Below, one piece after another: positions 1 to 12,300 of a stretch of DNA of 64,000 nt. The stretch is from contig JBLDXI010000009.1 in NCBI GenBank assembly GCA_047495785.1, positions 3,038,001-3,102,000 of the forward strand, given 5' to 3'. Under the pieces are notes generated by a model. That model did no database searches and was not told the origin of the DNA. It was given only the letters and a program-made list of their open reading frames with translations. Source of the stretch: Lepidodermella squamata (taxonomy: Eukaryota > Animalia > Gastrotricha). How positions within the stretch are numbered: the stretch's first letter is position 1; each line of letters starts with the position of its first letter. The translations under genes were made by a program, and so were the position numbers.

Positions 1-2019
1 CAAGCGGCGAATGGGAAGGCATTAGGCGAATTGCCGGGTTTGGTCAAAAACGCGGCCATACTGGCTCGAATTGCGCGGTCATCGCTGCCGAAGCGTGAGA
101 ACGATGACGATGAATCATCGCTGTCATTCAATCGGTGGAACGAAACGGCTGATAATAGGGCGAAATATTGCGCGACTGGGTTGTCATCGGCGTTGCAAAT
201 CGGTAGGATAAGCTTGTCGATTGCGTTGGCTTGGCTGATGATTTGCTGGTGATGAGCGCCTGATTGAAGAAGAGTGGCTAACGTTGCGACAGAAGCGGAC
301 AGGGTTGACTGGATCTGATTCAGCTCGGTTGAGGGCGATGAGGACAGGACGCTGGGTAGAATTCGCAGACCCAGGGAAACTGCATCCAAAACTCCGTTGT
401 CAAGGGCCTATTGCACAAAAATTTACAGTTCAGCGCTAGATTTCGATTTTTTTATTTTATTTGAAAAATAACTAATTAATTTAAAATTAAAATTAAAATT
501 AAAATGTTTAGAATTTGTATTCGATTTATTTTCTATTTTTTATTCTAATTATTAATAAACGCTTAATTTAATTTGAAATAATTTTAATTATTTATCCAAC
601 ATTTTAAATTTCCTCAATTTTTTACTGAATTTAAAATTGAAATTTCTAGAGTAATTTTTAACTCACAGTGCAACAGCTGTCGTTTGAATGGGCCATCAAG
701 CTGCGAACGATTCCGAACCCAGCCAGGCATAACTCGGCGTCAAAGTCACTGTTCGACGATGCCGTTCGAAGCGCAGCCGCGGCATGGCCGAATAATTGGG
801 TCAAATCGCCGACCTCCTTCGTCGTCTGCGTTTTGCCATTTTTTTGACCTAATTGCAGCTTCCCAGCCTCTTTCACCTGACTTACAAACCAAATTCGATT
901 TTCACTGGAAAATGACGAGACCAGTAGTCGGAAAGTGTCTATAGAAAAATTATAAAAAAAATTATAAAAAAAATATTCGAATATTGTTGACTTACTCAGT
1001 CGAAGATCTCGAAGGCTGGTTGTGTTTGACGAAGCTAGGGAGAATGCAAGGGCCAGGGCGCCTTCCTGGCGCACATCACGGCACATCGCCTCAGCGACCT
1101 CAACACCCCTCTGGCCACCTCGATTCCACGCCTGCTCCAAAATCGCCGACATTTTGCCAGCTAAATCCGCCTGTTGAACTTCAGTATTACTCGCCATGAA
1201 GTGAATAATCAACTGCTTCATCAACGGCGGCATCGCGTCGAGGTCGGGCAGGGATTGCCGGGTCTGTTGAGCGGGCGAGGACGGCTGGGGTTGCGGAACA
1301 GGCTGCTGAACGGCCGGCGAGTCACTCCTGGTCTGCCGGCTCGTTTGCACCACTGATTTTTCAACTACAACAATAGGTTTGCTCGCTTCAGTGGTCGGCG
1401 ACTGGGTTGATTCGGTCCCAGTTAAGGAAGATTGGCGCTTGTGTTGATACGCGACTTTGATCTCCTTGCCCTCTCCATCTGTAACAGACGAGGCGAAAGA
1501 GACGGTTTTAACAACGGAAGGAGTTGTTGACGTGATTGACGTCGTAGTCGAGGTTCCGCCTGCTTCGGTTGCTGACGACATGCTCCGGGTCAATATCATG
1601 CCCGGGGTCGCTGAACCACGACGGAGAACCGTCACGCGAGGCTGGCCACCCGCGGCTAGAACGGCCTCGTTCAACGCTGCCTGAGCCTGTGACGTCCCCT
1701 TCAAAATTTCAGCCTTCAACTTCTCGAAAATCGCCTCGTTGCTAGGCTGCTTCGCCGCAGCAGCAGCGGTAGGGTGTTCAATAACTGTGGCCTGCGACGT
1801 AGCCGAGTCTTGCGAATCAGTTCGGCCTGATTCGCGGAAAGTGACGCGCAACTTTTTGCCCGATTCAGTTCGGGTGAAGAACGTCTTCGATCTCGATGAT
1901 GACGATGACTCAAATGCCGCGTCACCAGCCGCTAGTTCGGCGGCTTCGGAGGCCGAAATCGAGCCTTGCCGTAGGGCAGGCGCCAATTCTTGCTGTCGAT
2001 TGCTATTATTTGCAGACAT
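1..2019 (-). CDS. SARM1: SARM1-like (sterile alpha and TIR motif-containing 1): N-terminal disordered region plus ARM domain; partial, continues off the left edge
   Basis: Exons ~2019-996, 938-667 and 407-<1; introns 939-995 and 408-666 are both GT-AG. The spliced protein reads ILEQAWNRGGQRGVEVAEAMCRDVRQEGALAL ... RLLVSSFSSENR ... GIVRSLMAHSNDSCCT/ALDNGVLDAV ... KLILPICNADDNPVAQYFALLSAV. This follows the order of SARM1 ARM motifs (AW..[61 protein letters not shown]). SAM and TIR domains are not in the window. Confidence 0.75.
481..505. repeat. (TTAAAA)n simple repeat in an AT-rich SARM1 intron
   Basis: ttaaaattaaaattaaaattaaaat is read directly within intron 408-666. Confidence 0.8.
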
Positions 2020-3243
2020 TATTTTTTCGTGTAACAAAAACTATGATATATAAAAATCTGCGACTTGAAAAGCCGGGTCGGCCGGGCTAAATACCGTGGC
2101 TTTTATACAATACGTTTAGGAATGACATATAAGGCGGTGCTTTTTGCGTTCTCTACGCCTCAAGTGGCCTACCGTCGGTTTTTTCTACCTCTCTCGCCCG
2201 AACAATGAAGTATAGTTTGTGCGCTGATAATACAAGGATGATGCGTATGGACTATTGTTTTATTTGGCTTGTATTAGCGTTATATTCGCAATTTTTTCCG
2301 TCCGGCTCCGCTGTTTGCATTCAACGCTTCCTTATTATAGAAAAATAACCCGTCGACGGCCTGGTTGTAACCATAAACATTCTTTTCCGGTGAGTAAAGG
2401 AACTGCAAAAAACGGTGGTTTTTTCGTGTTTTGTAGGCAACAGGGGGCAGCTGTATTCATCAGACTGTAATGAATGAATCACTTAGCTAAATGAACTATA
2501 ACACCCGGCATAACCATCTGGAAAGTAGTAGTCCGATTGTCCGACAGCCATTGAAGCCTCTCCTCTTCACATGAAGGTGCCGCTCAAGAGGGTTTGATAG
2601 GCTTGAAGGATGAGTAATAGTAGTTTTTCAATTACATCATTACTTGGGTGCAATTGCATAGTACCCGGCGAGCTAGGGGCGGGCTGATTCATCCGATGAA
2701 TCAGTGCTTGGAGTTTTTCCAGCTAGTTGTGCTTTGGGAGGGCAGTGATCAATGATACTTTTAGTTAGCTTTTTTCAAATTTCATGCTATAATTTATAAT
2801 TTATGCATGCTTTTAACTTCGGAAATATTGTTTGTTATACAATATTTTTTACGATCAGTATTTCTCTCTTCAAGAAACAAGAAACTACAAGCTCAACATT
2901 TTGACCAAATAATAATGTAAAACTTGGGTTCAAAAAATTATCAAATTTAATTTTTACCGAAAATCGATGGGAAATATTTTTTAAAAGGAATAAAATTGAA
3001 GTTACAGCATCAAATTATTGAGCGGGTTGGCGCCGGATTCTTTGCGATATATTTCGGCCTTATCATTTCTGGGTCGATAATGGTGCCTTTGGCGGCCCAG
3101 TGATTTTTTTATTTAAGCTACATGGTATATGGTGCCATTAGCTACCTTGCCTATGCGATGCCGGCGAAACTTGCGCTGATTCGTGCCAAATTTTCGGACT
3201 ACTTTAAACTAAAGTGGCACTTCTCTTTAAGATTCTTTCGGTA

Positions 3244-3423
3244 AGCTGTTGTCACCCAAGGTTGTCACCCATCGCCAAGAAGTCGCAATTTTACCTGAAC
3301 TACAACAACGAGACCGGCGCATCTTACGAGCAGAAATGTCCCGATCTTGACTTCTCCGTTAATTCATGCCGCTGCGAGTATTCCGAAGCCGCGTCTCTAG
3401 ATGTTCCAATCCCTGGAACCTAG
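3244..3423 (+). other. Possible degenerate chitin-binding type-2 (CBM14/peritrophin-like) exon fragment
   Basis: The translation FYLNYNNETGASYEQKCPDLDFSVNSCRCEY resembles the CP-x-L-x-F-x4-C-x-C-x-Y ending of CBM14-like repeats. No complete gene model could be built. Confidence 0.2.
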
Positions 3424-4868
3424 CGTCAGTGCCAAGTCTAACTGCCATCCGACCAAGATATCACCGATGAGTCGGCCAATAATTACGCGAATTTTGCATA
3501 TGGTTCATGAAAGAGAGATCGTAGGCAAAGGCAGGTTGAAAACGGCTGGAATCGATTTTGAAGTCACCTATTCTGCAGTGCCGGAATTTTCCCTCGGGCC
3601 ACCCAGGGCCATTGCTTAGAATGGAACAAAAACGGACGTTCGTGTTCAATTCGCGAGGAAAATGAGTGCGATGATGATGAACAAAATATTGTTTATTGTA
3701 AAAATAAAATTGCATCGCGAAAAATCGCGAATCAATCGATATTCAACGCATGGCTGATCGGCAACCGTGTTTTCTCTCGAATTGCTTGCTGATCGAAAGA
3801 TAGACGCCGAGTGTGTCTACTCGAAAGTATCTTCGAACTATTCTACACTTCGTATTATTGGAAAAGCAATCGTCATTGTCTAATTGATAGGCTTAGAGAT
3901 TTGTTTGAATCTCTTTTGATATCATTATCACCTTCGTTTTCTTATCTATTAGTGATGATAAGACAACTGACAACTGCCAGCAGAGTTATCGCTCGCTGGG
4001 TTCACGGTGTCCAGTTGTAGTGCGTTCTCGGTGGCGTGATCGTTGCGCCACTGATAGCGCCGTTAAAGATTCAAGTAGCCACTCATTTCAACACTGCGAT
4101 CATTTGGCACTTTCATTTCAATTTAGGAAGGTCGCTTGGAATTGCAGTGACACCAGTAAACCGCTCATTTTTTTTATTAACAATATAATAAATACTCATA
4201 ATAATGAAAATCCGAGGGCCAATAGCCATGCACTCTCCTCGTCATCAGGAGCCATCTATCGACTCGGAACTCGGTCGCATTAGCCATGTGCTACCTTGAA
4301 TCGGGCTTCCTGTTATATTTATCTTCATTTTTTAACTATTCTGTTACCATCCTCAACATTGGCTTTAAACACTTTTTCTGGCCTAGATGACACGGTTTAA
4401 TCTTTTGACCTACATACAACATACCAGAAACTTTGAAATCATTTCAGTGGTCGATGTCACGACTGGAGAGGTACATTTGAGAACGTCATGAGAAAGCGAA
4501 ACAGCGGTTTTATCATGGGTTCACTGTTAAAATGATATCATTCTCGAAGAAGCCTTGCCGCGTCTTTGACCGACAATTTACATGCCGACTCGACTGGGAC
4601 GATTCGGCGAGACTGAGGATGCGCACCCCGTGACAGTTCTTGTGAAAACATGTCGCTATCAGTTGGTTTCTCCGACGGGATGCACTGTCGCGAATACACC
4701 GAATTTTCACTGCGACATCGTATATCTGCCACGCGGGTGTGGCAAGTATTCAAGTGCAACTTGATATCGAGTGTTATATAACGACGCCGGCGGTGTGTTC
4801 TCGGCTAAAGATAAAGCTATCTCTATATATTTGGCAACCAACAATTTCGTGTATATTCATCTTGAATT

Positions 4869-6536
4869 ATGGAACCGATGACCAGCCAATCGATTTTCGT
4901 TGCGATCGTCACTTCGACGATTTCAGTCGTAATCGCGAGTTTGGTCATTTCTTTCTATCTCTACCGGAAATATCGGCAAACCTATTTTCAACGAATCGGT
5001 ATTCCGGGCCCTTCTCCTCATTGGCTGTTCGGAAATTTGCTGAGCTTGGCCGATGAAACCAGACGACATCGTCAGATTATGGAATGGGCCCAACAGTACG
5101 GGAATATCTACGGCTACTACGAAGGCCCGACGCCAATTCTAGTCGTTAGTGATGCTGAAGCGGTGAAACAAGTTTGCATCAAACAATTCGATTGTTTCAA
5201 CGCCAGGAAAGATTTCCCATTCACACCGGACCCCGACACTGATTCCGTTCATACAAACCTTTTCCTGGCACGGGGTGGCAAGTGGCGTCGGATGAGACAC
5301 TCGCTGAACCCAGCTTTCACCACTGGGAACCTGCGTCGAATGGCACCTGTCATGTACAAAACAATCAAGCGCATCAACTCGGAAATTAACAGCAAAGTTC
5401 TTCGAAGCGGAGCTTGTGATATCGAGATTTACGAACCGTTCAAAGAAATGGCTGGCGAGGTTATCCTCGAATCAGCCTTCGGAGTTGATATGGACGAGCG
5501 CCGTTCTGTTGGCAAAGCAACTGAACTTTTCAAACACATGGAGCAGGCAATTCATGAGGAAGTCAACCCAAGTGTCCTCTTCATGATTCTATCATTCATG
5601 CCGGAACTAGCGCCCGTTCTTGAGCTGATGCACAAGATTCAGGAACTTCTTTTTGGAGCGCGTGAATCAGCTAGATTCGTTGAAAATGTAGCACTGTCGA
5701 TGATGAACCTTCGTAAAAAAGACCCTAGCTCGCGTCGACCTGATTTGCTGCAGATGATGCTGGAGCTCGAAGTCCCTGAAATGGAAGAGGACTTGCGTGT
5801 TGATGCTAAACCAAGGAAGAGCGTCGAAGACGATGATGATTTTATTCCTTATCAAGCAAACGAAAGCTTCAGCGATCAGAAAAAGGCGTTGACAACTCTT
5901 GAGATTCAGTCTGCATCAGTTTTATTTATGGTGGCTGGGTTCGAGACGACATCGACCACCCTGACATTTGCGACGTATCTACTTGCGCTTAATCCAGATG
6001 TTCAGGAAAGGCTGTACAGGAAAATTCTTGATGTGGTGAAATTCGACGAAAACGGTTATCCTGATCCTACATCACTCAGCGAATGCCAGTATCTTGATTG
6101 GGTCGTGAAGGAAACGCTAAGGATGTACCCAGTTGCCCCTCTCGTCATTAATCGAATGGCTCGATACAAAACTAGCGTTTGCGGAATTGACATCCCTCAA
6201 GGACAAGTAATTCATATCGATCAACTGGGTTTGAATAACAAACCTGAGCTGTGGGGGCCTGTGGATCCTGATACTTTTTATCCGGAAAGATTCGCTCCTG
6301 AGTACGGCAGCAACTCAGATCCTGATGGCGCCCCAGTAATGATCTCGTTCGGCTACGGCAACCGCCGTTGCATCGGGGCGAGATTTGGAGAACTTGAGGT
6401 TAAAATCGGTCTGGCTTGTACTCTTCGAGACTTTAAAGTCGAGCGCTGTGAAGCGACCGCTGTACCTCTAGAGCTGCGTGTTGGCATGACCATGTCTCCG
6501 GCTAAAGGCGTCACGCTGCGATTCAAACGTCGCTAG
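4869..6536 (+). CDS. Cytochrome P450, clan 3 (CYP3A/5/6/9-like), intronless, 555 aa
   Basis: N-terminal anchor plus proline-rich GIPGP, WRRMR C-helix, AGFETT I-helix, KETLR (ExxR), PERF and heme motif FGYGNRRCIG. Single uninterrupted ORF; AATAAA at ~6608. Confidence 0.95.
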   Translation: MEPMTSQSIFVAIVTSTISVVIASLVISFYLYRKYRQTYFQRIGIPGPSPHWLFGNLLSLADETRRHRQIMEWAQQYGNIYGYYEGPTPILVVSDAEAVKQVCIKQFDCFNARKDFPFTPDPDTDSVHTNLFLARGGKWRRMRHSLNPAFTTGNLRRMAPVMYKTIKRINSEINSKVLRSGACDIEIYEPFKEMAGEVILESAFGVDMDERRSVGKATELFKHMEQAIHEEVNPSVLFMILSFMPELAPVLELMHKIQELLFGARESARFVENVALSMMNLRKKDPSSRRPDLLQMMLELEVPEMEEDLRVDAKPRKSVEDDDDFIPYQANESFSDQKKALTTLEIQSASVLFMVAGFETTSTTLTFATYLLALNPDVQERLYRKILDVVKFDENGYPDPTSLSECQYLDWVVKETLRMYPVAPLVINRMARYKTSVCGIDIPQGQVIHIDQLGLNNKPELWGPVDPDTFYPERFAPEYGSNSDPDGAPVMISFGYGNRRCIGARFGELEVKIGLACTLRDFKVERCEATAVPLELRVGMTMSPAKGVTLRFKRR

Positions 6537-7003
6537 TGAAAACTCTTTAAACGTTAACCTGTGCCTCTGATTAACAATCAGACTATTTCTTATTCAAATC
6601 ACACTTGAAATAAAAAGTTCGAAATCTTGAACAGTTTTACTTTCGCTCATTTCGCATCATTTCGCTATTCAGCATTCATAATTTTCTCCACCTACTGTCT
6701 CGCATTTTATGATAGAAACTGGCAGGTTGGACCTTGTTTACACTGCTGCGCAATGTACTCCACTGATATCCTATCTCTGAGGAAGAGCAAAAATTATCTA
6801 ACATTGCTAAGCTGCGTCGCAGAAATAGCCCGAAAGCCAAGAAACCCGAATGTAAACACGAAAATGGCGAAGGGTGTGACTGATTAGGTACTCTCAAGGT
6901 CGGATACAAAAAGATAGGATTCCTCCACATAAATAGGCCATTCCCGGTGTGTCCCCTTTCATTTTTTCAAACCTTTCAAGCCGGGCAAAAACAGAGAAGA
7001 AAG

Positions 7004-8717
7004 ATGAACGCACAAGTCACGGATAATTCGTTGTTCTACACAATATTGACATCAGCCATAACTGTGACTGTTGTTTCTGCTATAGTGTGCTTCTATATCT
7101 ACCGCAAATTCAAGCTAAGCTATTTCAAACGACTTGGGATACCAGGCCCTACCCCAAACTGGCTTTTTGGCAATCTGCTCGGGTTGGTGGACGAATCGCG
7201 GCGCCATCTTCAACTTATGGAATGGTCGCAACAATACGGCAAAATGTACGGCTATTTTGAGGGTTCAACCCCGATTCTCGTCATCAGTGATTTGGAAATG
7301 GTCAAACAAGTTTGCATCAAGCAATTCGATTTGTTCAACTCTAGAAAGGACTACCCCTTCATCGCTGATCCTGATGAGGATACTACCGACGTCAACCTGT
7401 TGCTGTCTCGAGGGAGCAAATGGCGTCGTATGCGGCATTCGATGAACTCAGCCTTTACTACTGGCAATCTTCGCAGGATGGCCCCGTTCTTGAACAAATC
7501 AATCTTTCGGGTCCTAGGCGAAATCGAAAACAAAGCGAAGCAAAATGGAGGTAGTGTTTCCATGGAGACCTACCAATATTATAAGGAAATAGCTTCAGAG
7601 GCTATGCTTGAATCTGCTTTCGGTATCGACATGGACGAGCGTCGAAAGGTTGGCAAAGCTGCTGAGCTGACGCGCCATATGGAGAGCTGCTTCAATGAGG
7701 AGTCTCATCCATCAACTCTTGTCATCCTCACCACTATTTTTCCCGAATTTGACCCTATACTCCGGGTTGTTTACAAAATTCAAGGCTTGCTCTTCGGCAA
7801 CCGCGTTTCTGGGACTTTCCTTAACAACCTAGCCGGTATCATCATGGAGAATCGTCGGAAAGACCCAAGTTCACGGCGACCTGACCTGATGCAACTCATG
7901 ATAGACTTGGAAAACGATGATTTGACCGATGAAGAGCGGGCCGGCGTTAAAGTCATTGATCACGACGACGATGAAGGACTAAAGCGTATTAGTACCGGCA
8001 AAAAGGCTCTCACCTCTAATGAAATAACTGCGGCGGCTGTGATGTTTATGATAGCTGGTTTTGAAACGACTTCAACGTCGATGGCTTTCTTGTCTTACTT
8101 ACTGGCCACCAATCCTGATGTTCAGGAAAAGCTGTACCAAAACATTGTAGATCATGTCAAGTTCGATCCAGAAACCGGATTCCCACACCCAGATTCCTTA
8201 AACGAGTGCAAGTACCTCGACTGGTGTCTCAAGGAGACATTACGGCTGTACCCGGTAGCGGTAATGTTTCTGCATAGAAAAGCTTTGGAAAGTACGGTTG
8301 TGTGTGGCATCGAAATTCCGAAGGGATTGACATTACACATCGATCAGATGTCAATGCACATGAATCAGGAACTCTGGGGTCCCGTCGATGCTCACAAGTT
8401 CTACCCAGAACGGTTCTCACCTGAATACGGCCAAAATTCGAATCCTGAGGGGTCTCCTGAGATGATTGCTTTTGGCTATGGAAACAGACGCTGCATTGGC
8501 GCGAGATTTGCTGAACTGTAATATATCTTTTGACCGTTGATTTACTTACCATACATGTTTCTTTGTTTTTAGGGAGGATAAAATGATGATATCTACTATG
8601 CTCCGTCGTTTCAAAATCAGCGGCGCAGAAGAAATGAAGCTACCACTCAGCCTTCGAGTTGGTTTTACCATGGTGCCACGGGATGGTCTCCATTTGAAGT
8701 TCGCACTGCGAAATTGA
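7004..8717 (+). CDS. Cytochrome P450, clan 3, tandem paralogue, 2 exons
   Basis: Exons 7004-8517 and 8573-8717 (55-bp GT-AG intron). Motifs match the neighbour (AGFETT, KETLR, PERF, FGYGNRRCIG). The spliced C-terminus ELEDKMMISTMLRRFKI...LRVGFTMVPRDGLHLKFALRN* aligns with the paralogue. Confidence 0.93.
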
Positions 8718-9366
8718 AGACAACATCCATGGCTTGAACCCGCTTTTTTGAAACAGAAAGTTATGCATTGAACGATTTCTTCGAATAATTCAAGTGGTAT
8801 TGCATTGCAAATATCTTACAGTTTAGATGATTTGCAGAAAGAGTTTATATCAGCAGTTACTTTGGATATATTTGTCGTTGGGTTTTACATCTTGTTTTCA
8901 TCAAAAGCCAGGACATCATTTGCTAGTAAAAAGGAATTTACTCATCACTGCAAAGTAGAACTGCTTTCCCGCACCTGATCGACAAAGAATTGTGCTGTTT
9001 TCTATAAATAAGTCATAGCTCAAAGCCCAATAATCCATATTACCAAGGGCGCACTGTGGTAAAATCTTCCGATAGATACCTTCATTGTAAATCCGCTTTT
9101 AGAGCCCAGCCCAACAGGCGAGAAATCGACCACGTGCTGTCTAGCAACGCCGTTTTCTTCATTGTCCTCGGGCATGAGTGGATGCGTGATCGACTCGTAT
9201 CAAATCGGATAGTTATACACTAATCTAACTGCTTTCTTCATGTTGATTTACTTCTGCTAAACTTAATGCATTGGTAATTCCTTCAGCATGAGTTGTTTTT
9301 GCATTGTGGTTTCGTGAATAAGACACTCGTGATCAGTATATCCATATTTGAAACACCCTCGGGACG

Positions 9367-12300
9367 ATGGCATTGGAACCGTTGCCGTCGTCATCGCGGA
9401 ACTTTCTTCACCCTCAACTGCTGCCAAGCACTATACGCCTGTCGCTATCGCCGCAGAACGCAAAAGCTGATAAAGTCAGCGATGGCAGCATAAGAACACA
9501 CACCTATCTTTCGATAGCCACGGCTAATGTCATTAGCGACAGTATCGAACTGCCGCCCGTAGGCGCTACGACTCTTAGCGACAGAATTCGTGCGTCGTTT
9601 TATAGATGCGGAAGGCTTAGTCGAGTTCACAAGTCAAAAGAGGCCAGCAGAGTTAGTTATCCCGTTGATGAAAAACCTTCGTCCGTTGTCCTGTCATCTG
9701 CTTTTATCGGAACCCAGCCGCCTATACTCAAATTTTTCAATCGAACAGTCGGCTATCGATCACCTTCCCCAGACCGCGCGTCCCCCGTAGGCCACAAAAC
9801 CGTCAGTCTAGCTCAGGCCTCGTTGCAGGAATACTATCTCCGATACTCGCAGGCTACAAAGCCCCTAGAGCCGCAAAATCAAGGCGAGCTTTACTGTAGG
9901 GGCGAAAGCGCTATTCCTTGGGAGCAGCATCAAGTTAAAGCCAGCAGGGTGCCTCAACATCTGACACCACGAGTGCTGGGCAAAATCGAAAGCATGCTCA
10001 CCCCAAACTTGATAATCCAGCAGCAGCAAATTATTCAAGGCCAGAGCTCTCATTCGCCGAGACCTTCAATCACCGGAACAAGGCCGCCTCTAAAGAAACC
10101 AGCTGAGCAGTCCGAGAAAGCGAGAAAGCGGTTACTACGGCAACTGAAACGACGGGAAAATGCGCGAAAGTTCATTACGAGCCAGTTTGAGCTTGATCGC
10201 GAAATAACAAGCGTTCAGGGTTCAGCCCTTGTCGTAGCTGATTTCAAGCAAAGCAGCGCAAGGGGAAGAGCAAGCAAGTCCTCAACGCCCTTGCCAATGA
10301 AAGAGACTAAGGACGAAGAAGAGGAATCGCAGTCAGCCATTGAGGTAGACATAGCTGCGGTTTTCGTGCAAGCCGACGAGGATCCATCGAATGACATGCA
10401 AGCAGTCAAAATGGAGAGCTCTTCTGATGAAATAAACGTAGCGGAAATTCTTCCAATCGGCGTAATATCGAGTGACGAATCTTCTTCGGAAGTTACTACA
10501 CAAGTCAACCTAGATGGCTCGAAAATCGAAGGCGACGCGAAAGAAACTGAAGTGAACGAATCTACGGCACCTCAGCCCGAAGCGGTCTCTTCGATCGATA
10601 CAAAAGAAGAACTGTCAATCAATACATCATCAGATGATCAACTGGCTGCTAAGAAACACATCAAAAGGTACTACATTAAGACCGTCTTTTTGTTGGCTTA
10701 TTATTGCTATGCAGCCCCATTTTCATGAACAGCGTCCCAAATTACAACACTGATAATCAACAAGTGTTGAATGGCCTGGCTATAGAGAATGTTCACGAGT
10801 AAGGAAATCAGGCGCTGCTAGGCAACATTTTTTAGTCCCATAGCTTAGCGCTCTTGTAGGATGTCCGATAGCAATACCATTCATGGCGGCGCTATAACTT
10901 TTCCTTCTAAAAAAAGTATTGCGCTGTTCGCTATTATATCCTGCGACTTTGCTCTCAACATTGCGTCGTCAACTTCCGGGCTGATGAAGTACTTTCGTTT
11001 TGTTCAGTTTTTGCAGTAATCAGCTATTTGATGGCTGTTTTCAATAATTAATTCGCAGCGCGAAAAAAACTGAACTTGCAAATCTGGATTCAGTTATTCG
11101 ACGTTAACTACCTGAGAAATAATCGTTGAACTTGTAATTGCCTCTTCGATTTTTTTTCGCTAAAAAAGCTGTCTTCGATTCTGACGTACAAAGGCGCTCG
11201 CTCGCTGCGGACGTATCGTACGATTTTCCGCCAAATAGCCGCTTTCATCGCATTTGACACTCATGTGCCTCACTTAGACGTAATTCTGTTAGTGCAATGT
11301 AATTCCGGTTGCTTTTTGTAGTAATTGCCTATTAAAAAAATAACCTGTCCGACTTGCTTTAATACATACCTTTTTTACTACTACAGCCCCGATGAATGCG
11401 ATAAAAACGAGGATGCCAGCAAATCTGACACTTTAATCACTTCCGAAAATGCCAGCCAACAGATTGTAGTCAGCCTTATCCCTTCTGACGCCTGCCAGGT
11501 CTGTGGTGCTCCCTTGAGCCCCGCTAGCGATTCTAATCGGGACGCGAATAAACGCAACAATCTCAACGCAAACAAACGCCTCAGTAAAGGCAGTAATTAC
11601 TACGGCTCCGGAACGGGTATCAGCACGAAGTCAGCTTTGGTTAATTGGTTCGCAACACGGTAATGATCTCAAAAATAATAGACCAACTCTCGATTAATTT
11701 TGTTAATTTATCAGCATGACATGCGACCAGATGCTCATGGTCGCTAGTTTCGAAGATGAAACAGTCAACTTCATGTTTACATCTCCACCGCGGCATTCTA
11801 TTATCGGAATATCGCAAAACCCTCCAGCTACTCCATGTGGGTGGCTGCCGAATCAGGTTAGGAATTTAGGTTACACGTTTTGTCCTGTCTATTTGATTTC
11901 TTTTCCAGAAACTAGCCGGCCATAGCTCAGCCCCAGTAAACAAGAGGCGTGGTACCAGTCAGCAAGCCAACGCGAATGCCCCACCCTTGCGAAGCAATTA
12001 CTTTGGTTATCACGACAGTCGACGAAAATTGCCTACTACAGGAGTTTTCAAGCATTATGAGACCCCGGAGGAGCACGCCCGATTCTACCGGTTGCAATTT
12101 ACGGTGGGCGACGCCGGCCGATTCGCTGAGATGTGGCGGCAATCAATCGACCCGACCCGTGTGTTAAACGATCCTACGAGACCGGTAGATGAAATGCTCC
12201 TGTACCAAACAGCTCAAGCCAAGTCATTTTCTATAAATCAGAGCTTTCACCAAGGTGGCGATAATGGGGCGGAAGATGGTGGGCGGCGTCATCGCAAAAA

